Assembly: GCA_033442325.1 (NCBI GenBank) | Contig: JAWQFM010000036.1 | Span: forward strand, 314,719 to 378,718 | DNA: 64,000 nt | DNA from: Salpingoeca rosetta | Taxonomy: Eukaryota; Protista; Choanoflagellata | Reading direction: 5' to 3' | In this document: positions 22,993 to 36,591 of the stretch, piece after piece | Position numbering within the stretch: position 1 is the first letter of the stretch | Layout of the letters: each line of letters starts with the position of its first letter | Made by a program: the position numbers and the translations under genes | Notes under the pieces: generated by a model | Told to the model about the DNA's origin: nothing | Database searches by the model: none | What the model saw: the letters and a program-made list of their open reading frames with translations, nothing else

Positions 22993-25900
22993 CGCAGGCG
23001 CATGTGGGTGCAACACTCCTCCCCTATTGCGAATGCTTTCTCGTTCAAGTGTTTTCTCGTCTCTCACTCTCACTCTCTCGCTCACTCACCCACATTCTCC
23101 CTCTCTCTGACACACACACACACACACACACCCACCACAGCAAAGCCCACCGGAAGGCATTGTGCTTGGCGATGAGCTGACCTCCACGGAGTTCCTCAAC
23201 ACCGTGGTATGGCCGTGTTGTTTCAGCTCTTGTTTGCTTGCACTTGCAGGCATTGCCGTCGTCATCTGTGCCGCTTTGTCATGCACGCATCCAATGCAAT
23301 GCTTGCATTCCTCGCATGCTGTGCTGCTGCTGTGACGGTGCTCACGTTGACGGTGGTTTTATTACGTTCACAGAACCTGGACAACTGTGCGGAGCTGACT
23401 GACTCGAGCGCTGGCTACTACTTTGAGGGCGGAGCCGCGACGGGTCTGACCCGCGACCGCTGCTCTGTTGGTGAGTGTGAATAAGATTGTGCATGTGTGT
23501 GCATGTGCGTGCATGTGTGTCTGAGTGCTCTTGCTTGCTTGGTCTTACTTGCTTGTTTCGTGTTGCCTTGGTCTTGCTTGTTTCGTGTTGCCTTGGTCTT
23601 GCTTGTTTCGTGTTGCCTTGGTCTTGCTGGCTTGGTTTGCTTGGACTGATAATAGCCATGGTGGTGCTGACTGACTGGCTGAATGACTCACTGACTGCCT
23701 AACTGACTGACTTGCGTGGTTGACCACACGCAGGTGGTACCTGCCAGTGCCGCCAGTTTACGGATGGCTGCGACAACGGAAGTGAGTCATGGTCGTGAAG
23801 TGAAGATTGTTGGTGAAAGGTAGTGGTGGTGGCTGGTGGTGGTGGTGGTGTTCGTGAAGGGTGATGGAAGGCTGTGGTGGTGCCGTGGCAGCAAACCTGC
23901 TTGAAGCCACAAGCGTGCGTGCATGCACCCCTGCACACGTTTTGCTTGCAAGCAAGCACAACACGAGTTTGCCCATGACCTCACAACCCTCTGCTATTGT
24001 CATCACCCCCCCCACCACCACAACGACAGACTGCGTTCGGGTGTGGCCGTGCACGGTTGAGGGCGGTGGTATCAGCAGTGCCTGCCAAGCCATCACCAAC
24101 TGCACCCAGACCGTCTTCGAGACCATCATGGAGGTGTGTGTGTGTGTGTGTGAGGGCTTGTTTGCACATATTTTGAGCCCTGCGCCTTGACACGTGTACA
24201 CTCTGTGTATGAACGTGCATGCGCGCATGTGTGTGCAACTCAGTCACATGCTGTCACTCACCTCCTCCTCAATCACAGGTTGAGGTTGAGTGCAACCGCC
24301 AGAACATGACGGACAAGGACGAGGCAGACCTCGATGAGTTTGGCGCCAAGTGGAAGCAGGCGCTTGCGGAGGACTGCAACATTGGCCGCGTGAGTCTTGT
24401 GCTGTGCCCTGCGTGTGTGTGTGTGTGTGTGTGCCTGCTATGCGTTGCGTGGAATAGCTGAGGCTCACTTGTGAGGTGTACTTGTAGCTGCGTGCACACT
24501 AAGCACACACACACATGATACACTCACACTCACTCACTCTTCTCTCTTACACACACGCACACACTCCCTCCTCTTTTCGCTGTGTTGGATGTGTGCAGGT
24601 GTGCCGGTACAACGGTGATTCGAGCGACACGATTGATGTTGTTGCATACAACCTGTTCCGCACGTACACGCTGAACGAGGCCCATGTTGACGACATTGAC
24701 GCATGTGCCGCAGACACGCTGTTCCGCTTCAACCGGTGCACGGTGTTGAGTGCTCGCGTTGCTTACGACACAACGACGACGACCACCACCACAACTACCA
24801 CCACCACAACGACGACGACAACTACCACAACGACGACGACTACCACCACCACAACTACCACCACCACCACGACGACGACCACGACGACGACCACCACGAC
24901 CACTACCACGACCACAACTACCACGACCACAACTACAACCACGACCACGACCACGACCACCACGACGACTACTACCACCACTACCACAACCACGACCACC
25001 ACCACTACTACCACCACGACCACCACGACGACTACCACCACCACCACCACCACCACGACGACGACGACGACGACTACTACCACCACGACAACTACCACAA
25101 CTACAACCACCACCACCACCACGACAACCACTACCACCACAACGACGACGACCACCACAACGACCACCACCACGACCACCACGACGACGACCACCACAAC
25201 CACCACCACCACGACAACCACAACGCACATTGGTTGCATTGCGGATTGCGAGATGAGCATCAACACGTGCATTGGCAGGGTGAGTCAGTGTGTTTACGTG
25301 TGCATGCTGCCAATCGTTGTCTTGCTGTCCTTCTTGTCTTCCTGGGCTTCCTTTACTGTATTTCCTCCTCCCGCCTTGACTCATCACCCACCTGTTGCTC
25401 ATCCCTCCCATCATCCGTTTCCCCGTCCCCGCCCCTCCGCTGCCGCTGCAGAGCTGGCCTTCCCCCGACTTTGAGACGTTTGCGGACTGCATGCTGTCGT
25501 ACAGCCACTACTCTGTGTCTGCGCGTGACCAGCTGTACTCGTGCGAGTGCGGCAACGTGACCTCGTCCACGACCTTCGATGAGATCCAGGACATCTTTGA
25601 GTGCTAGTGAGTTTTCAACAGCAGCCCGCGTGTGCTCTGTTCATGTGTGTGTGTGTGTGTGTGTGTGTTGTTTGTGATGGATTTGATGTCATGCTTGTGG
25701 AGGTCGACGGCTTGGTTGTTTGTGGGCAATTAACAAGTGGGTCACATCATTCCATAATGACAAGTCACTCACCAATTTGCTTCGCAACCCGCCCCCCCCC
25801 ACACACAGCCGGTTCTGTGCTGCCAACACGGCTGATCGCAACTGCGACTATGTTGTGACGACAACGTCAACGACCACGACAACCACAACGACGACTACTC

Positions 25901-26259
25901 TTGAGTGCCCGACCGTGGAGACTCCCGAGGCGCAGGTTGTGTACGAGTTCATCACCTTTGGCATCTCTGCGCCTGAGGGCAATGAGGTTCGCTGTGTCGG
26001 TTACGCTGACGGCGGCCTTGCCTCGTACGAGAACGTCACGACAGACATGGAGGACTTCTGGACGGTCCCTCTGTTTGACGGCGCCTACGGTGGCGACTAC
26101 TTTGCCATTGCAGACAACTCGACCGGCTCTGCTCAACTTCTTGTGACGGACAACCTGAATGACACATACACGCACGTGTGCAGTGCGCGCCCTGCTGGCA
26201 GCAGCCAGCTGTGCCCACTTGTGATGACGGACCCCACGTCCTCCTCCACTGTCGCATAA
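22602..26259 (+). CDS. Secreted Cys-rich, mucin-like poly-Thr protein (~592 aa, 9 exons: 22602-22667, 23141-23206, 23374-23470, 23734-23781, 24030-24133, 24279-24389, 24599-25279, 25452-25606, 25809-26259)
   Basis: Signal peptide MKAALCVLAVVALAGLCALTNA. All eight introns are GT-AG with consistent phases, and the protein contains a ~152-residue Thr run. Confidence 0.8.
23546..23627 (+). repeat. 25-bp minisatellite x3 (cttgcttgtttcgtgttgccttggt), intronic
   Basis: Directly visible. Confidence 0.8.
24770..25225 (+). repeat. Coding (ACN)n tract encoding ~152 consecutive threonines
   Basis: Mixed ACC/ACG/ACA/ACT codons lie in frame within exon 7. Confidence 0.9.
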
Positions 26260-26869
26260 TGGCCATGTGTCCAGCAAGTAGACAACGCTGCAGCTGCAGT
26301 GACTACTTCAACCACACTCCACAACCTGTAACTTTGTCACCTTCCCCTGTGCCCTCTTGCTTGCGTGCGTGCGTGCGTGCAGCCTCGAGGGTGGCATTCG
26401 TTTGTCAATGTGCGTGTTGGTCCTTTGCTGTATTTGTCTGTGTTGTGTTGATGAATTGTGATCAGTTCTCCTGGCAGGTTCTTACGTGTGCTGCCTTGTG
26501 TATGTGGATACTTTTCCTACCTCGTCCCGAGCAGTGTGCGAGTGTGCTCGAGAGTGTTTGTGCGTGTGTGGTGTAATGTGCGTGACCACCCTTGCGTTGG
26601 AAACATAAACAGAAAGACACAACACAGACAAGTATGACACGCCACCGGGGCTTGTGTGCTTGCGAGTTTAATCAGCAAAACAAAGGGGGGGGGGGCAAGG
26701 GTTTCAGGGTGAACAAGGAGGAACAACAGCTAGTTTGGAAGGAGAATGATTGGGGTTGGGTGGGGTGGACGGTTGTCCCTGTCCAGCATGCACAACAACA
26801 AGGTCATAGACGTTGAGTGAGACACAGATGCAGTAGATGATAAATGCTTTGGTTCCATCACCATTACTG

Positions 26870-28081
26870 TTACAACACGTCGTCGTCAACGCCATCATTG
26901 TCATCATCGTTGTTGTTGGTGTCGGTCTGGGCGTCATCGTTGTTGTGTTTCTGTTCCACATGCCCGGTGGCACTGTGGAGGGCGTCGTGCAAGGGTGCAG
27001 CGGCACGAGTGCGCAGCCACGTGTCAAGGGAGACCGGTGGCTGGCCAGTGACGGTCTCGACGTCGCGGCTGAGCGGCACCGCGTGCTCGCCTTCCTCCTC
27101 CAGATACACCAGCAGCTGATGCAGGTACTCTGGCACGACGCCCTTCAGCGCCGCAGCCGGCACGGGCTCGTACGCCAAGCGCAGTGCTCCTCGTGTTGTC
27201 TCTGTTGTCGCTGTTGTTGCTGGCGTTGTTGCCGAGGCCGTGGATGATGGTTGGTCAGCATCATCACCGGCGTGACTGGCATCACTGGCGTCGCCGGCGT
27301 GGCTGGCATCACTGGCACCGGGCAACGGCAGGACGGCTGCCTCCACGCGGCGCACGACTTCGCGCATGGGCAGCAGCTCGGGCCCGCTGATGTCGTAGCA
27401 GCGGGCGTGGTGGTCCTGACGCGAGGTGGCGTGGTCCATGGCGACGTGTGCGGCGACGCGGCCAATGTCGCGAGGGTCGCACGCGGGGACGGTGATGGCG
27501 GGGAACCGGACGGTGATGGGCGTTGTGGCATGCTGCTTGAGTGCCGGACCAAGCACGTGCACAAAGTTGTTGAAAAAGTAGCCTGAGCGCAGCGATGTCC
27601 AGGTGATGCCGACGTCGTCGGCAAGCTTGTGGAGGAGCTGCTCCGTTGGCGCAAAGCGTGCGGCGAGGAGCGAGAGGCGCGCCGGCTGGTGCACGGTCCA
27701 GGAGCCGACGTAGACAATGTGCTTGACACCGGCGGTAACGGCTGCGTTTACCATGTTGGCGGTGGCCTGTGCGTCCTTGTCGAACCCTTGCGGCGTCATG
27801 GGCGTGACAATGACAGCGACACTCGCCCCTTCAAACGCAGGGGGCAGCGTGTTTGGGGCCAGGGCGTCCACGCCCGCCGTCACTGTCACGGCTGAAGGCG
27901 ACTGCTGGTACCCGTGTTGCAGGAGGTCGCGTTTCTGTTTCTCAGACCGTACACACGCTCGCACCTGCACCGCGTGCTTTTGCTCCCCATGTTTGGGGTT
28001 GTGGATGAGCCGCAGCAGCTCTTCCACACAGGCGCTGCCGCTGTTGCTTGTTGCCGTGATCACACTCACAACCGCAGCCAT
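26870..28081 (-). CDS. NmrA-like / atypical SDR NAD(P)-binding protein
   Basis: Rossmann N-terminus (VSVITATSNSGSACVEELL, VRACVRS), plus AFEGA, AAVTAGVKHIVYVGS, WTSLRSGYF, DPRDIGRVAA, YDISGPE and DVETVTGQPPVSLDTWL. No introns. Confidence 0.85.
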   Translation of the reverse strand: MAAVVSVITATSNSGSACVEELLRLIHNPKHGEQKHAVQVRACVRSEKQKRDLLQHGYQQSPSAVTVTAGVDALAPNTLPPAFEGASVAVIVTPMTPQGFDKDAQATANMVNAAVTAGVKHIVYVGSWTVHQPARLSLLAARFAPTEQLLHKLADDVGITWTSLRSGYFFNNFVHVLGPALKQHATTPITVRFPAITVPACDPRDIGRVAAHVAMDHATSRQDHHARCYDISGPELLPMREVVRRVEAAVLPLPGASDASHAGDASDASHAGDDADQPSSTASATTPATTATTETTRGALRLAYEPVPAAALKGVVPEYLHQLLVYLEEEGEHAVPLSRDVETVTGQPPVSLDTWLRTRAAAPLHDALHSATGHVEQKHNNDDAQTDTNNNDDDNDGVDDDVL

Positions 28082-29034
28082 TGTTGGGGGGGGGTCTCTG
28101 ACAGAGGGAAACACAAGGATGTAAGAAGGGTGAGACGGAAGACAGAACACAAGACGGAGATAATGGGGAGTTGGTTGTGGATGGTCGCAACAGCAGCAGC
28201 AGACAGATGGAAGTCCTTCGGACGCAAACTTTTGTGGTGTCTAGTTATGATGCGCTAACATAATGCCGCATCGAATCATCAATCAGTGAACGTATAATTT
28301 TGGCTGGGATTTGCAGCGGGCAACGTGAATTCGCCATAATTTCAGTAATGATTCCGTGGTGTCGGTGAAATGGCGCGCTGTTTTTTTTTTTTTTGTTCTT
28401 GGCTTGCTTGGCGTAATGCTGCGTTGCTTGCCGCCATCATTTCCAACACGATCAACAAGCAAGCAAGCGAGGAGGTGGGTGAGAGAGCGTTCGTTCGTTC
28501 ATTCGTTGACCTGGTGTGGTTTTTGGCGCGGTTGTTGGAGTGTGAGGGCAAACAAGGTGCAGAGAGTGTGTGTGTGTGCTTGTGGGTGTGTGTGTGCGTG
28601 CGTGTGACCGTTACGCGCAAAGTACAGTATGTGCACACACTCCCTTGTCGATGCTGTGGGTTCTTGCTTGCTTGCATCGCTGTGTGTTGGTGTGCAACGG
28701 ATTTCGCGCGCCCTTTTTGCTTGTTGTTTTTGCTTTGCTTGTGCCGGGCTCAGTTCAACCTTCACCAACTTGCGCACTCACCACCGTTACAATTCTCTCT
28801 GCCGCCTCACACCCACACAAACCACAGCAACCAAGGTGTGTGTGTGTGTTTGCATGCGTGCGTGTGTGTGCGTGTGCATGTGTGTGTTGATGTGTGCATG
28901 CGTGTGTGTGTGTGCGTTTATGTGTGCATGCGACGCGCACACGGTGTGCTTGCTTATTTGCTTGTCTGCTTGTATGGTTTGATTGATAGCCAAAGGAACG
29001 TATCCCTTGCCAATCAACACACCACACCGCCAAA

Positions 29035-29287
29035 ATGGTGGGTGATACAGCTCTGTTTTCTCTTGGTGGACATGTGTGCGTGCATGTGTGCGTACATGTG
29101 TGCGATTTGGCGCGTATGCTGGCTTTGTGCATGGCCGCTTATTCGGCTCCGTCGTGTGGTGTGGTGTGACAGAAGCCAAAGATGGGTTCTGGAGAGAGGC
29201 AAGGCGTCCCTCTCTGTTTGCTTGCTTGCTTGCTTGTTTGAGTGGGTAGCCCCGGTTCCTTTCGCTCTGCTAACAAAATGGGGCACA

Positions 29288-29371
<84 letters not shown>

Positions 29372-30354
29372 CACGTACACAGCCTGCCGGAAAAGCCAAG
29401 GTTGAGAGCAAGTCGAGCCAGAAGGCCATCTCCCGCTCCACACGTGCCGGACTTCAGGTGTGTCCGTCTGTCTACTACGCGTGTGCGTGTGTTGTTAGCT
29501 TGCATATCTTGCTGTTGCGTTGGTGTGGCGATGGACGTATGACCTGCGAACGATTGCTCCCACGCAAGCAACAACAACGACACCACCACCAACACCACCA
29601 CCACAACAACCACTGAAAGCTCACAATCGCGCCGGTTGCTGTGAGCAGTTTCCTGTTGGTCGTCTGCACCGCCACCTCAAGGAGCGCGTTGCACACCGGG
29701 GCCGCGTCAGCTCCACCGCCGCCGTGTACACAGCCGCCATCCTCGAGTACCTCACCGCTGAGGTGCGCACATGCGCGCCTTGTGTTTGTGTGTGTGTGTG
29801 TGTGTGTGTGCGTGCGTGCGTGTGTGTGTGTGTGTGTTTGGTGGAATGCTGCGCGACCGTGCCCTTGCCTCTCTTACCCTCCACCTCCCCCCTCCCACAC
29901 ACACCTCACCACACACTTGACACACGCGACAGGTGCTTGAGCTTGCGGGCAACGCGTGCAAGGATCTCAAGGCCAAGCGCGTGAACCCGCGCCATCTGCA
30001 GCTCGCCATCCGCGGTGACGAGGAGCTGGACGGCCTCATCAAGGCCACCATCTCCGGCGGTGGTGCGTTGCCGCGCTTTCCCGCGCGCGCGCGTATGTGT
30101 GTGTGTGTGCACGCTCTCTCGTGTGTTCACCAGTTTCCATTGTCAAGTGGCCCAATTTACTGCTTCCTTCTTGCCTGTGACTACTCCTTCCTTTCACCAA
30201 CTTGTCTCCACCATTCCCGAACAAACTCTCAATCAAATCTTACCCTCCCCCCGGCCTCACTCTTCTTTCCTTCGCTTCTTCAACAGGTGTCATCCCCCAC
30301 ATCCACAAGAGCCTGCTCAACAAGAAGAAGGCGGCCAAGCAGGGCAACATGTAA
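29035..30354 (+). CDS. H2AZ: Histone variant H2A.Z; exons 29035-29037 (ATG only), 29383-29457, 29649-29762, 29933-30062, 30287-30354
   Basis: The spliced product reads SRSTRAGLQ|[11 protein letters not shown]...[16 protein letters not shown]|[44 protein letters not shown]|VIPHIHKSL, with H2A.Z-diagnostic motifs. Confidence 0.95.
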
Positions 30355-31424
30355 ACCGGGACCCCACCTCACGTCTCACTCCTCATGTCTATCGTGCAGC
30401 CGCGAATGGCACCGACTGACCATCGTCGTGCTTTCTTCGTCGCGTGTCGCAGCACGATGTTCTGATGTGATCGCGTTTCAGTTGACCCGCGCCCTCATGC
30501 GCCACAATACATTTTAGTGACACCACCACGATGACCACCGCAAGTTTCCTTTTCCAGCGTTGTTTCGCTGTCCCCTCCCTCCCTCCCCCCCCCCCCTCTC
30601 TCTCACTGTCGCGGCATGCCTCATCTGTTGTTGGCAGCGTGCTCTACGCGGCGCCACCAACCCGTGCTTACTCTGTTCACACGAACCCTTCATGTCCTCC
30701 TTTTGTGTTTTCGCATGGTTGTTGGCATGTGCTCGGCGTTGTTCATGTGTGTGTGCTTGTCGCGAAACCTGCGTCATGGCACCCACATCCTTGTGCGCCA
30801 GCATGTGTCGCATTACCTGCTGCTATTCTTCCTTTTGGTGTCTTCTTTGTACATGTTTGTAGCTGCTGCGTTTGCTTTTGGCCTGTGGCTGTGGTGTTGT
30901 GTGCTCGCCGCTTTGCTGCGTTGCCTGTGGGCAACAGCGCATGCGGGCAGCCACGCTGCTTACAGCCATAGCCGTAGTCCCCATCGTTTCCCTGAGTCGT
31001 GTATGTAGTCCACATTAAAACCACCCAAACGACGACAAAGCTTTCTGGCGAGCTTGCTTTGCTTCACCTTTTTGGTGATGAGATACACACTCACACACTC
31101 GCACAAACAAACTCGCTATTTCTCACACGCACACACACAAATACACACACACACACACACACACTGTCTCCCCCCCCCTCTCTCTCTCTGTGCTCTCCCT
31201 TGGCAGTAAACTTGTGCCATTTCATTCATTGATCAAATGACAAACACATGGCGATGGCAGCGGCACAGGGGTGTGTGCGTGCATGCGGCATCAAAGCGAC
31301 TGACAAGACAAATCAGGTCGAGTCAGCACATGTGTGTTGAGGGGAAAAAGAGATATGGGACGAATAGGGACCAAGCGAGGGTTGGTTTGGGTGTTGTTGT
31401 TGGTGTTGTGGTGCTGCTGTTCGC

Positions 31425-32760
<1,336 letters not shown>

Positions 32761-33464
32761 GACTGGTGTTTGTCAGCAGCGTCGGAGACGAAGAAGGAAG
32801 ACGAGGGTGGCTGCTTCAACAAAGAAAAACCAACAGTGGTGATGGTGGAGGTGGAGGTGGTGAGGTGAAAGCAGCAAATCCCGTGTTGTAAAAGTGTGCA
32901 TGTGTGTGTGTGTGTGTTTGTGTGCGTGTAATTCCTGGGTGTAATCAAGGTACGAGAATCAAGACACGAGAACAAAAGTGTCGCTTGATTGTGGCTGATG
33001 TCGCATGCGGCATCACGACAGCCAGGCTGGTTACACAAACTAACACACGCACGCAGGCACACGTGTGGGGCTGCTACTGGTGTGGTTGGTGTTGGTGTTA
33101 TTGTTCTGCCTGTTGGGGCCAATCACTGCTGCTAGCACCATGCCCTTGTCTGCCCATCGTCCAGCACAAACACCACAGGCGCACGCGTGCAGCTGCCTCT
33201 TCCCATATCCCTTCCACACACGCACACGGCTGGCTCTCTCGCTCGCATCATGCTCCTGTCTCTCATCTCCGCCATGCTCACCTGGCAAAACGAGGAAAAA
33301 GGCACATTTGAGCGCGTGCTATCGGCGAAGCCCAATTTTTTCTCCTCCGCCAATAACACATGTGCCTTTCGCAAATTTTCCGGCAAGCAAAAAACTGCAC
33401 AGTCAGCACCGCAGCTGAAAACAAAAAAACGGAACAACCACACCAAGACAGACACACACACACG

Positions 33465-35989
33465 ATGGCTGCGGATGGTGTTGTGGAGGTGCTGCAAGCG
33501 GCTGTGAGCGACACATGGCTGTGGGCAGGCTCCATGTCCACGATCGTGCAGGACGTTCCCGCGGAGGCGTGCCGGTACTACGAGGATGCCGTCGGGGAGG
33601 GTGCGTGCGGTGACTTGACACACGCCGTGCACACGACACAGCATGCGCTTATGGCATGGGTCCGTGTTCTGGTGACACTGGCGTGGGCGCTGGCGCTGTT
33701 CCTGTACGAGAACCCGCTGGTGCTGGCCGCGCTTGCCGGCCTTGTGCTCCTGTACATTGCCACGCGCCTCATGGTGCGGGCCACGCGCCGGCTGATGGCG
33801 CTGGTGCGGCGATACGTTCGATTGGCCATGGGGCGTGCCGAGCGTGCCGCGGCGGCGTATCGGCGGTTCCTGGATCGCGTGCGCCGGCAGTCGCGCGTGG
33901 TGGCTGCGCTGCTGCCGCCCATTTCCTTCTTTGTTGTTTGGGGCTATGCTCTCACCTTTGACACGGTGCTGCGGTTCATGGACTGGCCCTTTGCAGCAGA
34001 CGTGCTTGCACGCGTCTGGCCCACCTGCATGTCCATCGCCGCCATCGTGCAGATTGAGGACATTGTTCCTGCTCCGGTGAGTACACGTGCGTATGTGCGC
34101 GGCGAAGGTGTACATGTGCGCGCATGTGTGTGTGTGTGTGTATTTTGTACATGTGTGTGTGCGAACGTGTGTTCCGTGTACATGTGTGCACATGTGCGTT
34201 TGTAGTTGTGTGTACGCTGTTCGTGTGTGTGCGAACGTTTGTTCCGTGTTCATGTTTGCACATGTGCGTGTATACACGTTGTGTGCACATCACATGCGCA
34301 CCCTAAATGTGTACGTGCGTTGGTGCTTGCATGCCTGTCGGCACGGCGCGCCTCACCTGCTTCGATCCCCCCTCCCCTGCCTCCCCCTAACGAAAAGTAA
34401 CCAATAGCAACAAACAACAGCAAACCGCTCACACCTTGACGCTGACACACGTCACCACCGCCTTGCAGACCCAGCTCGACAGCTCTGCAGCCAAGGGCGC
34501 TCTTGCCGCTGCTGCACCGCCGCCGGCAACGCCGCCGCCGTCTGCCCGCCATCAACAGGTGCACCAGCAACCTGACGCTGCGAACCGGGGTCGCCGCAGC
34601 ATGCTCGCTTCGCTCTTCAGCCGCAGTGGCACCACTGACACCGACGCAGACAACACGCATCACGCCAGCAACGGCAACGACAACGGCAACGGCGCAGTGT
34701 TCCAATCGCCCCACTCGCGGCGCCTGCGCATTCCGACACCTTCACACGGTCGCATCTCAACACGCAACCACAGCCACAGTCCCACCACCACCAGCAGCAG
34801 CGGTGGGTCCTCTGGGGTCAGACGCCGTGTGGCCACTCACCATCGCAGCCATAACGATGGTCACACCACCTCACACACAACAGCGGCAGCAGAGGCTGGG
34901 CGTGTGGATGTGGTTGTGCGGTGGCTGGAGTACTGGGTGTGCTTTGGTGTGCTCACCACGTGCTCGCGCGTGCCCGTGCTGTCGTCGACGGCGTACGCGC
35001 TGCTGCCCTATGCGCACGTGGCACACATGACGCTGCTGCTGTGGCTGGTTGCCCCGTTGATTGGCGGCACGCGCATTGTGTTTTCGCTGCTGCGCAATCA
35101 CGTGTTTACGACGGCTGTGGCATCGCCGGCCTCCCGTCGCTTTCAGCACGTGCTCGCTGCATACGTCACGCCGCTGTGGGCCGTGGCCAAGATGGTGGTG
35201 CCCACGCGCGTGCAGCGTGTGCTGATGGCACTGAGCGCCCTGTTCACGGACACGTCCGTGTTTCTGATTGCGCTGCCAGCGGTGTTCTCGCCACGCTTCC
35301 TAACGCGCTTTGCGGCAGTGCTTGTGGCCTACATGTACCCGGCGTACAAGACCACGTGCGCCCTCTCACACGCAGACCTCGCCCTTGACGCCGCACGTGC
35401 CGTTGATGCTGCTGATGCTGCTGATGCTGATGGTCGTACCGTTGGTGGTGACAGCGACGACGATGGTCACGTGCATAGTCGTCGCCGCGATCGTCAGGAT
35501 GGACGCGGCAGTGACATCACCACCGCCACCACCACCGCGCGCCACGACCGTGTTGTCGGGGCGACAAACGTCTTGCTGGGCTGGCTCAAGTACTGGGTGG
35601 TTCTGGTGGTGTTTGAGGTGGTGTGGGCAGGGCTGACGCGCGTGACGCACGACAGCGTGCCGTTGTGGTGGGACCTCCACATTGGCGTGGTGATGCTGCT
35701 GCAGCTGCCTGCGCTTGGTGCCGCCGCCTTTCTCTTTGATGACTTTCGCGTGTCACCGACGCACGCGCTGCGACGTTTGGGCAACATTGCCGCGTCGCTC
35801 CTGTCGCCCTGGTCATTGCGCGCATCAGTCGGTGGTGACGTGGGTGCGGCACATGCGTTGAACGATGACGTTGACGATGACGATGACGAACATGATGACG
35901 ATGAGACGGCGATTGTTGACGAGGCTGCTGCCGGTGTTGGTTATGCACGTGGCAGTCGCGGTGTGGAGACGCACGACAAGAACGCTTGA
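33465..35989 (+). CDS. Membrane protein with two TB2/DP1/HVA22 (REEP/Yop1-like) domains; exons 33465-34076 and 34469-35989
   Basis: Domain motifs are VWPTCMSIAAI...RWLEYWVCFG...LLLWLVAP and YMYPAYKTTCAL...GWLKYWVVL...VPLWWDLHIGVVMLLQLP. The intron is phase 0 and GT-AG. Confidence 0.75.
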
Positions 35990-36491
35990 TGTGCGATCAT
36001 ATTTGTGTGCGTGTTTGTGTGTGAGAGAGAGAGAGAAAGAGAGTGTGGTGAGTGTGTGTGTTTGTGCGAGTGAGTGTTATGTTACTTTGTGCATAATCGA
36101 TTGTTAAACATAACCGCCGTGATGAGCACCCGTTTCATATGACAAGTTGCAGTGAGCGTGGACTTGGACCGTTTAATGAGGTGTGGAGAGGGGGAGGGGG
36201 ATGAATGGGTGGATGAACACTGGTAGGGGGATGAGGGACGAAAGCAACGGAACAACAGGCCACACATGTCACAGCATCGACGATGGTGTCGTTCTGAGCA
36301 TCGAGGCATGTGGTTGGTTGCAGGGGACGCAAAGGTGGGGATGTAAGCACAAGGAGTGGGCCCCCGCAAATGTTGGGGGTTGTTGGTTCAGTGCAATGAG
36401 GCAATGCAACGAACAAAGGCGAAAGGGCGGAGTGCACGCGAGCTGAGCGCGCGTGCAGGCCCTGATGCATGTTCCTCGTTGTCGGCAGGCT

Positions 36492-36557
36492 TTAGGCCAT
36501 GATGGCTGCAGCAGCCACGGCAACGACAGCGGCAACGATGCCAGAGACCATGGTGGC

Positions 36558-36591
<34 letters not shown>

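Noticed and set aside
24530-25560. Poly-Val, His/Asp-rich and Pro/Arg-rich ORFs
   Set aside because: They are alternative frames of the poly-Thr exon.
22602-26259. Identifying the poly-Thr gene as rosetteless itself
   Set aside because: The model is only ~592 aa in 9 exons, shorter than I recall for Rosetteless, and the CTLD motifs are weak. The similarity is architectural only.
26870-28081. Functional link between the NmrA NAD(P) sensor and the TIR NADase cluster
   Set aside because: It lies 5 kb away with an unrelated gene in between, and proximity alone is not evidence in a compact eukaryotic genome.
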